Shown here piece after piece: positions 48,274-59,318 of a DNA stretch of 64,000 nt. Source of the DNA: an uncultured Spirochaetota bacterium. Its GTDB lineage: Bacteria > Spirochaetota > Spirochaetia > SZUA-6 > Fen-1364. Within the stretch, counting starts at the first letter, position 1. Each line of letters opens with the position of its first letter. The stretch lies in the NCBI GenBank assembly GCA_963845535.1, contig CAWJSK010000012.1, forward strand, positions 32,001 to 96,000, in the 5' to 3' direction. The notes beneath the pieces were generated by a model. The model was given only the letters and a program-made list of their open reading frames with translations, was not told where the DNA came from and did not search any database. The position numbers were made by a program, and so were the translations under genes.

Positions 48274-49362
48274 ATGAGCGAAAAAGACATGGAAACCATT
48301 CTCCACCAGATGACTCGCGCAACGCCAACGGCCCTCTGGAACGATTCGTGCTCCATCCGCGAGCTTTCCGAATCCATTGAGAAGAACGGGGCCGTCGGGG
48401 CAACGTGTAACCCCGTCATCGTGCTCGGAGTACTGAAGAAGGAATGGAGCGCGTGGAAAGACAGGATCCCCCAGATCGTCCAGGAAATGCCGGAGGCATC
48501 GGAGGAAGAGGTGGCCTGGAAGGTGACGGAGGAAATGTCAATCAAGGCAGCGGCGCTTTTGCGGCCGGTCTTCGATGAGGAGAAGGGCAGAAACGGGCGA
48601 CTGTCCATCCAGACGAACCCGAAGCTGTTCAGGAACGCGCGGGCCATTGTCGAGCAGGCGGAGAGATTTTCCGGGCTTGCTCCCAACATGATCGTCAAGA
48701 TTCCCGTTACCCGGGCAGGGGTGGAAGCCATCGAGGAGGCGACCTACCGGGGAATCAGCATCAACGCGACGGTGAGCTTCACGCTTCCCCAGGCAATCGC
48801 GGTTGCCGAGGCCGTGGAAAGGGGTCTTACGCGCCGGGAAAAGGAAAAGAAAGACATCTCGCGCATGGGGCCGGTTTGCACGCTCATGGTGGGACGGCTG
48901 GATGACTGGCTGAAGGTGGCGGCGGAAAAACAGAGCATCATCGTGAATCCGTGGATCCTGGACTGGGCCGGTGTTGCCGTGATGAAAAAGGCCTACACGA
49001 TCTACCGAGAAAGGGGTTACCGGCTGCGCCTTCTCTCAGCGGCCTTCCGCAATCACCTGCACTGGAGCCAGTTCATCGGGGGCGATGTGGTCATATCTCC
49101 CCCCTTCGAGTGGCAGACACGGTTCAACTCCTCCGACGTCCCTCCGAGCAGTCGAATGGAAACCCCTGTGGACCCGGGGATCGTGGATGAGTTGCAGCGG
49201 AAGTTCCTTGATTTCCGGCGCGCCTACGACGAGCGGGGGATGATGGTCCCGGAGTTCGACGAGTTTGGCGCCACGCGCCGCACCCTCAGGCAGTTCTGCA
49301 AGGCCACGGATGATCTGGCGGCCCAGATCAGGGACGTGATGATTTCCAACCCTGATGCCTGA
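48274..49362 (+). CDS. Transaldolase family protein
   Basis: WNDS, GATCNP, Schiff-base VKIP, INATVSFT, VGRLDD. Confidence 0.88.
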   Translation: MSEKDMETILHQMTRATPTALWNDSCSIRELSESIEKNGAVGATCNPVIVLGVLKKEWSAWKDRIPQIVQEMPEASEEEVAWKVTEEMSIKAAALLRPVFDEEKGRNGRLSIQTNPKLFRNARAIVEQAERFSGLAPNMIVKIPVTRAGVEAIEEATYRGISINATVSFTLPQAIAVAEAVERGLTRREKEKKDISRMGPVCTLMVGRLDDWLKVAAEKQSIIVNPWILDWAGVAVMKKAYTIYRERGYRLRLLSAAFRNHLHWSQFIGGDVVISPPFEWQTRFNSSDVPPSSRMETPVDPGIVDELQRKFLDFRRAYDERGMMVPEFDEFGATRRTLRQFCKATDDLAAQIRDVMISNPDA

Positions 49363-49386
49363 GCGGCCCGTGGTGACCTGCGCTGG

Positions 49387-50601
49387 TCAGGAGAGATCCG
49401 TGGAAAATGCTCCGAGGACTTCCCCTCCCTTGTCCGTGACCAGTATGTCGTCTTCGATCCGAATGCCCCCGAAATCCTCGAGATAGACGCCTGGCTCCAC
49501 GCTGTGGACCATTCCGGCCGCAAGAGAGTCCCGGCTCCAGGGAGCAAGGAGCGGCAGGGATTCGTGGTAGCGGTAGCCAAGGCCATGGCCCGTTATGTGG
49601 ACAAAAGCGCTGTCCAGGCCTGCTTTCCTGACCACCACGCGCGCCACCTCATCCACGCCGGCGCCCGTGACGCTGGACTGGGCTGCGGCAATGGCCGCCT
49701 CCTGTGCCCTCAGAACCACCTCGTGGACATCGAGCTGCCGCTCCGTTGCCCTGCCTGCAACTCTCGCGCGCGTCCTGTCGCACCAGAAGCCGTCCGCCAC
49801 CACGGCCAGCTCCAGCAGCGCGATCTCCCCGTTCGCCAGCCTGCGGTTGGTGGTCACCTCGGCCGGGCGCCAGCCGCGGAACGTTTCCTCAGGACCCGTC
49901 GCAACCTGCGCAAAGGCGCGCACGCGACGAGCGCCTTCGAACCCCGTGCCCTTCACCAGGATGGCGGACTCCACCGCCGCCACAAGCTCCACGCCTCTTG
50001 CCCCGGGCGCCACCCCGCGGCTGAACTCCTGCAATCCGAAGCATGCGATGCGTGAGGCTCTCCTGACCTTGGCCACCTCGTACGGGGTCTTCACTGACCG
50101 CCCGGACTCCAGCGCTCCGGTGACGTCCACCAGGGACGGCGCGCCGAAAGCTTCCTCCAGAAGCCGCCTGCTCGGGGCCGCCGGCAGACATGACTCCGCG
50201 GCGCTCCACGCAGGCGCCGCGGCCTCGAAGCTTCCCTCGAATCCAACCCTGCGCCAGGCACCTCCGCCCCGCGCGCTTTCCAGGCAGCGCCGTATTTCCC
50301 TTCCCTGATCCACGAGCTCCTTCGTGCCGAAGGTATACGTTGCCAGCGTCGTCTCCTGGAGCTCCGCGCGCGCCTCCTGCTCCTCGGTATCCGGGGCAAT
50401 GCAGACGGCCTGGCCCTCGAAGGGAAGGACCGCGTACACCCACCCGCAGATAGGCCAGTAGCCGGTCAGGAGAAGGACGTTCTCGGGCAGCCGGCACACA
50501 AGGGCGTCAAGCCGCTCCCGGGCCATCATCTCCCGCAAGCGCTCCCGCCGCAGCGAGTTGCCGGCCGGGGCGCTGTCCCCTGCAACCCGCTCATCCGCCA
50601 C
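49387..50601 (-). CDS. M24 (Xaa-Pro peptidase / creatinase-like) metallohydrolase
   Basis: ENVLLLTGY, RSVKTPYE, CDRTR, HITGHGLG, SVEPGVY, GIRIEDD. Confidence 0.88.
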   Translation of the reverse strand: MADERVAGDSAPAGNSLRRERLREMMARERLDALVCRLPENVLLLTGYWPICGWVYAVLPFEGQAVCIAPDTEEQEARAELQETTLATYTFGTKELVDQGREIRRCLESARGGGAWRRVGFEGSFEAAAPAWSAAESCLPAAPSRRLLEEAFGAPSLVDVTGALESGRSVKTPYEVAKVRRASRIACFGLQEFSRGVAPGARGVELVAAVESAILVKGTGFEGARRVRAFAQVATGPEETFRGWRPAEVTTNRRLANGEIALLELAVVADGFWCDRTRARVAGRATERQLDVHEVVLRAQEAAIAAAQSSVTGAGVDEVARVVVRKAGLDSAFVHITGHGLGYRYHESLPLLAPWSRDSLAAGMVHSVEPGVYLEDFGGIRIEDDILVTDKGGEVLGAFSTDLS

Positions 50602-51448
50602 GGGCGAACTCCGGGTACAGGGTCATGCCGCCGTCCAGGTAGATCGTGGCTCCGTGCACATAGTCCGAGTCGTCGGATGCCAGCCACACGGCTGCCCTGC
50701 CGCAGTCCTCGGGCTCCCCGATCCGCTTGTACGGGATGAACGTGAGAAGCTGCCGTTCGAACTCCTCCGGGCTCGTGAGCTTTTCCACGTTCATGGGGGT
50801 GCGGATGGCTCCGGGGGAAAGGCTGTTGATCCTTATGCGCAGGGGCGCAAGCTCCTGCGCCATGCTCTTCATCAGCAGCATCACGCCGCCCTTGGCAGTG
50901 GCGTAGTTCACGTGACCCGCCCACGGAATAATGTCGTGCACGGAGCTGATGCAGAGGATCTTTCCCAGGGCGCACGAGATCTTGCCGTCGAGCCCCTGGC
51001 GCTTGAAACATCGCACCGCTTCGCGGGCGCAGAGGAACTGGCCCGTCAGGTTCGTGCCGATCACCGTCTGCCAGTCGTCCACGCTCATCTGGTCGAACGG
51101 CGCATTGCGCTGCAGCCCTGCGTTATTGATCAGGATGTCGATGCGGCCGAGCTGCTCCGTCATGTGCCGGAACATGGCGATGACCTGCTGCTCGTTTCCC
51201 ACGTCTGCCGGGAAGATGACAGCCTTCCTCCCCGCCGCCCGGACTTGCGCCGCCACTCTCTCAGCGCCCGCCCGGTCCCCATGGTAGTTCACGAGAACGT
51301 CGGCGCCCGCCTGGGCCAGGGCAATTGCAATCCCCTCTCCCACTCCTTTGCTCGCCCCGGTCACCAGGGCCTTCTGCCCTTCCAGCACCCGGGCGATGGG
51401 CCGTTTCGGCGCCTCGTTCGGCGGTGCGTAGCCTTTCTGCGCGCTCAT
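50591..51448 (-). CDS. SDR oxidoreductase, glucose 1-dehydrogenase-like
   Basis: VTGASKGVG, NNAG, SSVHDIIPW, YATAK, PGAIRTP. Confidence 0.92.
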   Translation of the reverse strand: MSAQKGYAPPNEAPKRPIARVLEGQKALVTGASKGVGEGIAIALAQAGADVLVNYHGDRAGAERVAAQVRAAGRKAVIFPADVGNEQQVIAMFRHMTEQLGRIDILINNAGLQRNAPFDQMSVDDWQTVIGTNLTGQFLCAREAVRCFKRQGLDGKISCALGKILCISSVHDIIPWAGHVNYATAKGGVMLLMKSMAQELAPLRIRINSLSPGAIRTPMNVEKLTSPEEFERQLLTFIPYKRIGEPEDCGRAAVWLASDDSDYVHGATIYLDGGMTLYPEFARGG

Positions 51449-51492
51449 GCATCCTCCTCAAGCGCGGTCCCGCGCTGGTGCGCGGTCATGCG

Positions 51493-52341
51493 CTAAATCG
51501 TGTACGATGAGTAGCCCCCGTCGATGGGGACTACGTCTCCGGTAACAAAACGTGAGGCGTCCGACAGGAGCCACACTGTTGCCCCGATCAGCTCCTCAGG
51601 CTCCCCGTACCTGCCCATGGGCGTGTGGGCGACGGTTTTCTGCGCCCGCGGCGTGTACTGTCCCGTCTTCTGATCGATGTGCAGGAAACGAAGCTGCTCG
51701 GTCATGAAGAAGCCAGGCGCCAGGGCATTGACGCGAACACCGGTGTGGGAAAAATGCACCGCGAGCCATCGGGTGAAGTTGGCCACCGCGGCTTTCGCCG
51801 CGGAGTACGCCACGACCTTGGTGAGCGGGACGACACCTGCCATGGAGGCGATGTTGACAATGGAGCCCTGGCCGCGACGGACCATGGCCCGCGCAAAGAC
51901 GCGGGTCGGCAGGAGCGTTCCGACGAAGTTCAACCCGAACGCCGCCTGGAAATCCTCCAGTCTCATGTCGAAAAATCCAAGCCCCTCATCCCGGTCGATG
52001 TCAGAGCGCTCCAGGAACTCCTGGGTCGTGCTGGCCTTCGGGCTGTTGCCCCCGGCGCCGTTGATCAGGTAGTCCGGCGCGCCCCACAGGTCCTCGATCT
52101 TCGCCCGCGCCTCCTCGAGTTCCCCCTGGTCCAGGACGCTGCAGGTGAACGCGCGGGCCTCTCCACCGCCGGCGCAGATCGACTGCGCCCGCTTCTCGGC
52201 GTTTTCGCGATTGAGATCCAGCAGGGCCACCCGCACCCCCAACTGGGAGAGCGCGTCGGCCAGGGTCCCCGGGAGCGCTCCGCCTCCGCCCGTTATGACG
52301 GCGGTCTTCCCCCGTACGTCGAACAGCTTCTCCAGGGTCAT
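51493..52341 (-). CDS. SDR oxidoreductase, D-mannonate oxidoreductase-like
   Basis: ITGGGGAL, LINGAGGNSPKA, PLTKVVAYSAAKAA, APGFF. Confidence 0.88.
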   Translation of the reverse strand: MTLEKLFDVRGKTAVITGGGGALPGTLADALSQLGVRVALLDLNRENAEKRAQSICAGGGEARAFTCSVLDQGELEEARAKIEDLWGAPDYLINGAGGNSPKASTTQEFLERSDIDRDEGLGFFDMRLEDFQAAFGLNFVGTLLPTRVFARAMVRRGQGSIVNIASMAGVVPLTKVVAYSAAKAAVANFTRWLAVHFSHTGVRVNALAPGFFMTEQLRFLHIDQKTGQYTPRAQKTVAHTPMGRYGEPEELIGATVWLLSDASRFVTGDVVPIDGGYSSYTI

Positions 52342-52344
52342 GCG

Positions 52345-53121
52345 TCACTCCTTTGTCACGATGCGCTGAAAATCCGCGGCATCCGCGGTCATGTTGATGG
52401 CCAGGGTCATGCGGTCTCCCCGGCTGACCGAATGCGTCAGCTCGACGGGCAGCCCGTTTTCCAGGTACGTCAGCCGCTGAGTCGCGAACGCCGCCTGCGG
52501 TTTGCGGGATTGGCACTCCAGGAGGCCGGCGTCCTCGCGGCCCAGGATCATCGCTTCGTAGGACTCTTCCGCATGGTGAGGCAGGAGCTGCCGTTCCTCT
52601 GTCAGGATCCGGTACAAGGAGTCCTTCCGGAGATCCTTCTCCACGAGCCCAGGGCACAAGTATTCCGGGATCAGGGTCGTCTCCACCAGGATGGGGATGC
52701 TGTTCGCCTTTCGGACCCGCACGATGCGCGTGACGCGGTGATTGGCCGCGGGGAGCTGCAAGGTCTGCGCGAGCTCCGCGTCCGCCTCCTCCACTGCCAG
52801 GGACACCACCCGGGAGCTCGGCCTCAGGCCCAGGTGCAGCATGTCGCTGGTGAAGCTGTAGACCTTGGCGATGTTTCTTCGCAGCTTCTGCGGCAGGACA
52901 TAGGTTCCGCTTCCCTGCCGGCGCTCCAGGAAGCCCTCCCGCACCAGCCGGTCTATGGCCTCCCGCACGGTGATACGGCTCATGCGGTAGCTTGCGCCGA
53001 GCGCCGCCTCGCTCGGTATTGCATCCGCCGGCTTGAATACCTGGCGGAGGATCTGTTCTCGAAGAATCCGCTCAAGGCGGATGTACTTGGGAACCCCTTC
53101 CGCGCTGCCCTTGTCCTGCAT
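52345..53121 (-). CDS. GntR-family (HutC/UTRA) transcriptional regulator
   Basis: PKY...IPSEAALG...SRITVREAI...GSGTYV and a UTRA-like C-terminus; start MQDKG 53121. Confidence 0.92.
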   Translation of the reverse strand: MQDKGSAEGVPKYIRLERILREQILRQVFKPADAIPSEAALGASYRMSRITVREAIDRLVREGFLERRQGSGTYVLPQKLRRNIAKVYSFTSDMLHLGLRPSSRVVSLAVEEADAELAQTLQLPAANHRVTRIVRVRKANSIPILVETTLIPEYLCPGLVEKDLRKDSLYRILTEERQLLPHHAEESYEAMILGREDAGLLECQSRKPQAAFATQRLTYLENGLPVELTHSVSRGDRMTLAINMTADAADFQRIVTKE

Positions 53122-53126
53122 GTGCG

Positions 53127-54047
53127 TCAGCCGGAAACGAACTGCCTCATGTAGCGGCGGCTCAGCGCCAGGGCCGCCTTTCGGTTGTCCAGGCTGCCTT
53201 CGAACGCCCTGTCCTCCGCTTCGATGCAGGCCGGGCCGTCGTACCCGATTTCCGTCAGGGCCGAGATGAACTTCCCCCACTGCACCTCCCCCAGGCCGGG
53301 AAGCTTCGGTACGTGGTACTCCAGGGGGGTCGCGAGGATGCCCACATCGTCAAGCTTGTCCCTTCGGATGACGGCGTCTTTCACGTGCACGTGGAAGATC
53401 CGGTCCGCGAACTCGTAGATCGGCTTCACGTAGTCGATCTGCTGCCAGAGCAGATGCGAGGGATCAAGGTTGAGACCGAAGCTTGGAGAGGGAATCTCGT
53501 TGAACATCCGTCTCCAGATGGCAGGGGCATACGCCATGTTCTTCCCGCCCGGCCACTCGTCCTTGGAGAAAAACATCGGGCAGTTCTCTATTCCAATGCG
53601 CACCTTCCTGCCCTCAGCAAAGCTCACCAGCTCGGGCCACACGGAAGCGAACTTCCTGAAGTTCTCCTCCAGGTTTTTCGCGGGATCCCGGCCGATGAAA
53701 GTGTTCACCACGCTGACGTGGAGCTGCGCCGCGGCCGCGATCACCTTTTTCAGGTGCTCGCGGAAATATGCCGCTGACTTCTCATCCGGGTCCAGCGGAT
53801 TGGGGTAGTAACCCAGGCCGGAGATGGAAACCTTCGCGTCCGCAAGGACCTTCAGGAGCCGGGCAGCGTCTGAGCCCCCCAGCGCATCCACGTCCACGTG
53901 CGTCACCCCCGCGTACCTGCGTTCCGCCTTGCCGCGCGGCCAGCACATCAGCTCGACGCAGGAGAAGCCCTCATGCGCTGCGAACCCGACGACCTCCTCG
54001 AAGCTCAGCTCGGGGAGGATGGCGCTCACGAAACCCAGCTTCATCAT
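53127..54047 (-). CDS. Sugar-phosphate isomerase/epimerase (AP-endonuclease-2 TIM barrel)
   Basis: [33 protein letters not shown]. Confidence 0.88.
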   Translation of the reverse strand: MMKLGFVSAILPELSFEEVVGFAAHEGFSCVELMCWPRGKAERRYAGVTHVDVDALGGSDAARLLKVLADAKVSISGLGYYPNPLDPDEKSAAYFREHLKKVIAAAAQLHVSVVNTFIGRDPAKNLEENFRKFASVWPELVSFAEGRKVRIGIENCPMFFSKDEWPGGKNMAYAPAIWRRMFNEIPSPSFGLNLDPSHLLWQQIDYVKPIYEFADRIFHVHVKDAVIRRDKLDDVGILATPLEYHVPKLPGLGEVQWGKFISALTEIGYDGPACIEAEDRAFEGSLDNRKAALALSRRYMRQFVSG

Positions 54048-54064
54048 GGCAATCTCCCTTCCCT

Positions 54065-55210
54065 TTAGACTCGAACCCAGGCGCCGGCGTCCCGGCTCTG
54101 GAGGATCTTCTCGCAGAGGACAAGCTCGCGGAGCCCGTCTTTGAACGTGGGGAACGACGGATCACCCTTGCCTCCGGCCGCGATGTAGTCATAGAACTCC
54201 CGGAACATCTGCTTGGAGGTGTCCGGAAACGCCTCGTTGTGGCCGCCGGGGAAACCGATGAGGGACCGCACCTCGGGATACACGAGGGAGGGATCCTTCA
54301 TCATCACCTCGTTGTTCCCGTCCCGCCTGCCGATCCACATACTGTTCGGATTCTCGGATTCCCACGCGATGGCTCTTCGCGATCCGTCGATCTCGAAGGA
54401 GATCCTGTTTTTCCTCCCGGCCGACACCTGGCTGACCGTGAGCGCCCCATGGGCGCCGTTTGCGAAATGGAAAAGCACTGTCGCGTAGTCTTCCGTATCG
54501 ATGGGAACGTCGGAATAATCTTCAGGCTTGAGGATCTTGCCAGCGTACGTCTCCACGGGCTTCAAGGGCTTCTTCCTGGTCTTGTGGAACGTGGCGAAGT
54601 CCGCAAAGACCTCTGCGATCCGCAAGCCCGAAATGTATTCGATCAGATCCATCCAGTGGGACCCGATGTCGGCAACGGCCCGGGATCTTCCCGAAAGCCG
54701 GGGCTCCAGGCGCCAGTTGTAATCCGTGGCGTAGTACAGCCAGTCCTGCAGGTAGCTTCCGTGCACGGAGAAGATGTCCCCGACCTCGCCCTTCTGCGCC
54801 ATGAGCCGCACCTGGCGCATGAGGGGATAGTAGCGGACATTGAAATGCACGGCATTGACGAGGCTCTTTTTCGCGGCAAGCTCGACGAGCTCGGAGGCCT
54901 CCCGCGCTTCCGTTGCAAGGGGCTTCTCGCAGACAACGTGCTTGCCCGCGTTCAAAGCCTGCTTTGCCATCTCGAAGTGCAGATGGTTGGGCGTGCAGAT
55001 GTGAACCACGCGCACGTCGTCTCGGGCGAGCAGCTTCCTGTAGTCTCCGTAGGCGCTGGGAACACCCAAGGCCTCCGCCTTGCTTTTCGCCGTCACTTCG
55101 TCAACGTCGGCGAGCGCGACCACCTCCACATTGGGAAGCCTGCGCATGGCCTCCACGTGCGCGGGACCGATGAACCCGGTCCCAATGACGCCCACAGGCA
55201 CTTTTGTCAC
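54065..55210 (-). CDS. Gfo/Idh/MocA oxidoreductase
   Basis: [30 protein letters not shown]. Confidence 0.93.
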   Translation of the reverse strand: MTKVPVGVIGTGFIGPAHVEAMRRLPNVEVVALADVDEVTAKSKAEALGVPSAYGDYRKLLARDDVRVVHICTPNHLHFEMAKQALNAGKHVVCEKPLATEAREASELVELAAKKSLVNAVHFNVRYYPLMRQVRLMAQKGEVGDIFSVHGSYLQDWLYYATDYNWRLEPRLSGRSRAVADIGSHWMDLIEYISGLRIAEVFADFATFHKTRKKPLKPVETYAGKILKPEDYSDVPIDTEDYATVLFHFANGAHGALTVSQVSAGRKNRISFEIDGSRRAIAWESENPNSMWIGRRDGNNEVMMKDPSLVYPEVRSLIGFPGGHNEAFPDTSKQMFREFYDYIAAGGKGDPSFPTFKDGLRELVLCEKILQSRDAGAWVRV

Positions 55211-55893
55211 GGTCTGCCCCTCCTTCTGTACGCTTCTTCCATGATCGCCTCGGTCTGTGTCGCCCCGAAGCGCGTAACCCCGGCTTCTCTCACCTTCAGC
55301 GCCATGTCGAGGTCCCGGACTCCCCCGGCGGCCTTCACCTGGACCTTCGCGGACACTGCCTTGCGCATGAGGCGCAGGTCCTCCAGGGTGGCGCCGCCCT
55401 TTGCGAACCCCGTCGATGTCTTCACGAAGTCCGCTCCGGCCTCCTCACACAAGCGGCAGGCGATCTCCTTCTGCTCGTCGCTCAGGTAGCAGTTTTCCAG
55501 GATCACTTTGACAAGCGCGCCATGGGGATGAGCGGCATCCACAACCGCCTTGACGTCGGACCTTACGTACGGAAAGTCCCCGCTGCGCAGCCTTCCGATG
55601 TGAAGAACCATGTCCAGCTCCTGCGCTCCGTCCCGAATGGCCTGCTCCGCTTCAAATACCTTTGTCGCGGTCGTACAGTACCCGTGCGGGAAACCGACCA
55701 CCGCGGCAATCCTCACCTCGGACCCGCGGAGCTTCTCCTTCACCAGGGCAACGTCCGAGGGGGTACAGCAGACTGCTTTGACCCGGTATTTCCGGGAGAT
55801 CTCGCAACCCTGGACGATATCCGCTGTTGTCAGCTCGGGCCGCAGGAGGGAATGGTCGATCATGCCTGCAATATCCGCGGGGCTGTAATCCAT
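55207..55893 (-). CDS. deoC: Deoxyribose-phosphate aldolase
   Basis: [41 protein letters not shown]. Confidence 0.93.
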   Translation of the reverse strand: MDYSPADIAGMIDHSLLRPELTTADIVQGCEISRKYRVKAVCCTPSDVALVKEKLRGSEVRIAAVVGFPHGYCTTATKVFEAEQAIRDGAQELDMVLHIGRLRSGDFPYVRSDVKAVVDAAHPHGALVKVILENCYLSDEQKEIACRLCEEAGADFVKTSTGFAKGGATLEDLRLMRKAVSAKVQVKAAGGVRDLDMALKVREAGVTRFGATQTEAIMEEAYRRRGRP

Positions 55894-55916
55894 GGCCTTC
55901 CTTCTTGATTGGCGAT

Positions 55917-55948
55917 AGTTGATATGTCGTCATGACGACATATCAACT
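55917..55948. promoter_or_regulatory. Perfect 32-bp palindrome, probable HutC-type GntR operator
   Basis: AGTTGATATGTCGTCATGACGACATATCAACT equals its own reverse complement; lies just upstream of deoC. Confidence 0.7.
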
Positions 55949-55999
55949 TATTCTAAGGCGGGTAGCGCCGTCCGTCAAGCGGCATTCTGGCATTCGAAA

Positions 56000-58900
56000 T
56001 CATTGCCGACGGGAGGTGTTCTGCGCCATCCGCAAATGGATGACCGCATCGAGATTGCACGGATCACGTGAGAGGACGTCCTGGAAAAATCCGGCAGCTT
56101 CTTCCGTCTTGCCCCTGCCCAGCAGGCCAAGACCGATCATGAATCGGCATTGGTCACGGTTTCTTGCATTGAGATCCTGATCGAACACAAGGAAGTCAGG
56201 AAGCGAAACGGCGAAATAGTCGATCGACACTGAGTCGTTTTGATGCTCGCGACCGTACTCTTCAATCTGCTGGAAGAGCGTCTCTGCGGGACCCGGCATG
56301 GCAAGCGCGTGATACGCGAGGCCGCGGTAGAAGCTTGCATCCGGCGGCTCATCGTTATAATAGAGGAACGATGAGGGCTGGAAACGGCCGCCCGCGGCCC
56401 TCCGGAGGAAGCCTTTCGCTTCCTGTTCCCTGCCGAGCCCCCGCAAGGCCAACCCGAGGAGCCACAGGACCTGCCTGTCCAGATTCTCAAAGAGCTTGCC
56501 TTCGCCGAGGTTGTCGGGGTAGCGAAGGGCCCCGGAAAGCATTTTCACTGCCTCCTCGAGACGGCCCGCGGACACTTCCTGTTTGGACAGCTCCATGATT
56601 GCCGTCAGGTATTGCCTGACGACCTTGCCCTCTCCGCCCTCCCAGGGCCGGAACGTGCGCTCGTCGATGCGCGCGAGCGCTTCGCCGTGTTTTCCCAAAA
56701 GGTTGAGAAGCGTGATGCGCTCGATTGCAAGATCATCCCGGGATAGAACGAGGTTCGGAAAACCGTCCAGGAGCTCGAGCCTTTCAGCGGGCTGCGCTCC
56801 CTGAGCTTTGCGAAGCTGGTCGTACTCATACAGCACACGGGCGTCGGTGCGGTCCAGCTCGAATGCCCGAGAGTACAGCTCGAGGGCGCCCTTTCGATCC
56901 CGCTTCTTGTTGGCGTACGCCATTCCCAGGTTGCGATGGACGGTCGGGAAGCCCGGATCCAGGGCGCGTGACTGCTCCCAGCATTCGATGGCCTCGGTGT
57001 ATCGACGGTTTCCATACCAGAAGGTGCCCAGATAATAGAGAGTCCGGGCATCAGGCCCGTTGAGCCGGAGAGCGCTCTGCAAGGCGAGCGCGGCCTCCGC
57101 CCCATGCGGGAAGCAGTAATCGGGCGGGAGATCCTTCGCCTGAGACAACCACGCGCGCGCCTCGTGAAGGTTTCCGCGCTGTTGCTCAATCCATCCGAGA
57201 AAGTAATGAGACAGGGGATCACTCCGCCTGTTGTTTGACAGCAGGAAAGACGCTTCCTCATACAGCCCCGCATGCGCATAGTCGAGGGCAATCTCAATGG
57301 CGTTATTCGGCGGGCGGCCGGCAAGCCGCAGATAGCTGTCGTCACCCCCCAGCAGGAAGCGCTCGTAGAGCACGCCAAGGTCCATGGGGTCAAGGGCCGC
57401 GGCAACGGCAGCCTCCGAAAGCGCGAAGGCCGGGCGGCCGGCTTTTCTGGCGCACGCTATTTCCAGGTGGCGGGCGCGATGGTTGAGCCAGTTCGCCTCG
57501 AGCGCGCACCGTGCATGTTCAACCGCGAGGTCGTGGTCCCCCCGGCGGCTGTCGATCCGCGCAAGCTCGAAGAACGCGGGACTTTTCAACGCCTGGTTCC
57601 AAACCGCCTTGTAGAAAGCGTCATACGCCTCGTCGTAATTCCCTTGAAGTCGAAGCGCGAGCCCGAGGTTGTAATAGGGCTCGCCATCGTACGGATTGGG
57701 GTTGCGAACCGTGATCCGGGCAATGGCGCGCCTGAAATGGGCTTCCGCCTCGCCAAACACGCCGCGGCGAAGCAGAAGCAACCCCATGGCGTTGTTGCAT
57801 CTGCTTTCTCCCGGGTCCCGTCTCAGCGCCTCTTTATAGTAGAGTTCGGGCTCCCACGTCGCATGTCGGTACTGCTCCAAATGCAATCCGACGAGAAACA
57901 GTTCCTCCACTGAGGGTATCTCACCAGGAGGTCTTGGAGCCTCGGCAGGCTTCGGAATCTCCTCTTCTCCCGGCACGGCAGGAGAATAACGGACTAGCTC
58001 CGCGCCGTCGGAAGATACCCTGAGGAGCAACTGAGAAGGCATGATCCCCTGGGGAACCCCGACACCTTCGACAAAAGGGCTTTCCGGACCAAGCCGGAGG
58101 TTCCTGTCCAGGATAGCGCTGTCGGAACACAGCAGCTCGATCCTGACGTTCCTCGGTCGAGTCAGGTAGACACCGACCGTCGCCTGTGTGCCGTCGAGGT
58201 CGAGATTGACAACGGCTTCCCGGGAAGCATTCTTTGCGGGGCCTATTTTTCGATAGGGCATGAATACCTGGCTGAACCGCTTTTCCTCGCCCGGTTGAAG
58301 CCACGAGAAATCGGGCTGGTTGTCCGTGAAAGCGCCGCACATCAGCTCGACGTACGGTCCATCGTCATCGGTGAGCTGGCGCTCCCACGCGCGGCCGAAA
58401 TCCCCGTTCCCCCAGGTCCACTGCTTCTTGCCGGGAACCACGTGATGATCCGCGACATGCAGCATCCCGGCGTCGGCTCGATGGTCGTAGCTCCCCAGGA
58501 AGTCGAAGTTCGAGCGATAGGCCATGTAGGAGGTCGGCGCGGGAATGTTTTTGTATCGGGAGATGTCAGTCCCCGGGGAGTAGTCGACCTTGTAGTAGGT
58601 GCCGGTTGCAATCGGGAAAGCGGATACGTCCCGTTTGCCGTGGTCCATCACCGCCGTGACATCCGGAGGAAAGACCGACTCGTAGTCGTCATGCACGTGG
58701 ACCGCTGGGTTGGCCCACCAAAGAAACGTCTGGGGCTCGCTTGTCCGATTGCACAAGCGCACGGAGAGCTCCAGATAGGCGCGCTGCGGGAAAAGCGTGA
58801 AACCCACCATGCCCTTCATGCGGTACATGCGCTCGATTTCGCCGAGCCAGACTGTCTTGCTGCCGTCGGCATTCTCAGCAATCGTCCAGTCAACCGGCTC

Positions 58901-59299
58901 AAAGGTGCTGGGCCGGTGATGCTGGGGCCAGTTGAACTCGATGCCCCCCGCCACCCACGGTCCGGTGAGTCCCACCAGGGCGGGTTTGATCACGCGGTTG
59001 TAGTAGATGAAGTGGAAATCATCCGTCTTATCGAGAGCCATGTAGACGCGGCCGCCGATTTCAGGGAGCAGGACTACCTTCAGGTACCGGTTTTCCAGCG
59101 TGATGGCTGTCCAAGTCCTGTCCTCTTTGCGCGCGGAGATCGTCTCAATGATGGGATACGGATATACCGCGCCGCTGCTTCCCTGATAGACGCGCTTCTC
59201 CAGGAACATGGGGTTCTTGTCCGGCTTCCCGGGCGGATATGTTGGTATTCGCATGTGCTCGACCTGCGCTCGAACGACGTCATTGGGCGATTCGCTCAC
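56000..59299 (-). CDS. DUF5107 domain + TPR repeat protein
   Basis: KRVYQGSSGAVYP, LPEIGGR, IKPALVGLTGPW..GGIEFNWPQHHRP, GKKQWTWG, TDNQPDF; TPR-like C-terminal half. Confidence 0.85.
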   Translation of the reverse strand: MSESPNDVVRAQVEHMRIPTYPPGKPDKNPMFLEKRVYQGSSGAVYPYPIIETISARKEDRTWTAITLENRYLKVVLLPEIGGRVYMALDKTDDFHFIYYNRVIKPALVGLTGPWVAGGIEFNWPQHHRPSTFEPVDWTIAENADGSKTVWLGEIERMYRMKGMVGFTLFPQRAYLELSVRLCNRTSEPQTFLWWANPAVHVHDDYESVFPPDVTAVMDHGKRDVSAFPIATGTYYKVDYSPGTDISRYKNIPAPTSYMAYRSNFDFLGSYDHRADAGMLHVADHHVVPGKKQWTWGNGDFGRAWERQLTDDDGPYVELMCGAFTDNQPDFSWLQPGEEKRFSQVFMPYRKIGPAKNASREAVVNLDLDGTQATVGVYLTRPRNVRIELLCSDSAILDRNLRLGPESPFVEGVGVPQGIMPSQLLLRVSSDGAELVRYSPAVPGEEEIPKPAEAPRPPGEIPSVEELFLVGLHLEQYRHATWEPELYYKEALRRDPGESRCNNAMGLLLLRRGVFGEAEAHFRRAIARITVRNPNPYDGEPYYNLGLALRLQGNYDEAYDAFYKAVWNQALKSPAFFELARIDSRRGDHDLAVEHARCALEANWLNHRARHLEIACARKAGRPAFALSEAAVAAALDPMDLGVLYERFLLGGDDSYLRLAGRPPNNAIEIALDYAHAGLYEEASFLLSNNRRSDPLSHYFLGWIEQQRGNLHEARAWLSQAKDLPPDYCFPHGAEAALALQSALRLNGPDARTLYYLGTFWYGNRRYTEAIECWEQSRALDPGFPTVHRNLGMAYANKKRDRKGALELYSRAFELDRTDARVLYEYDQLRKAQGAQPAERLELLDGFPNLVLSRDDLAIERITLLNLLGKHGEALARIDERTFRPWEGGEGKVVRQYLTAIMELSKQEVSAGRLEEAVKMLSGALRYPDNLGEGKLFENLDRQVLWLLGLALRGLGREQEAKGFLRRAAGGRFQPSSFLYYNDEPPDASFYRGLAYHALAMPGPAETLFQQIEEYGREHQNDSVSIDYFAVSLPDFLVFDQDLNARNRDQCRFMIGLGLLGRGKTEEAAGFFQDVLSRDPCNLDAVIHLRMAQNTSRRQ

Positions 59300-59318
59300 T
59301 TTCGAGCCTCCGATGTGA

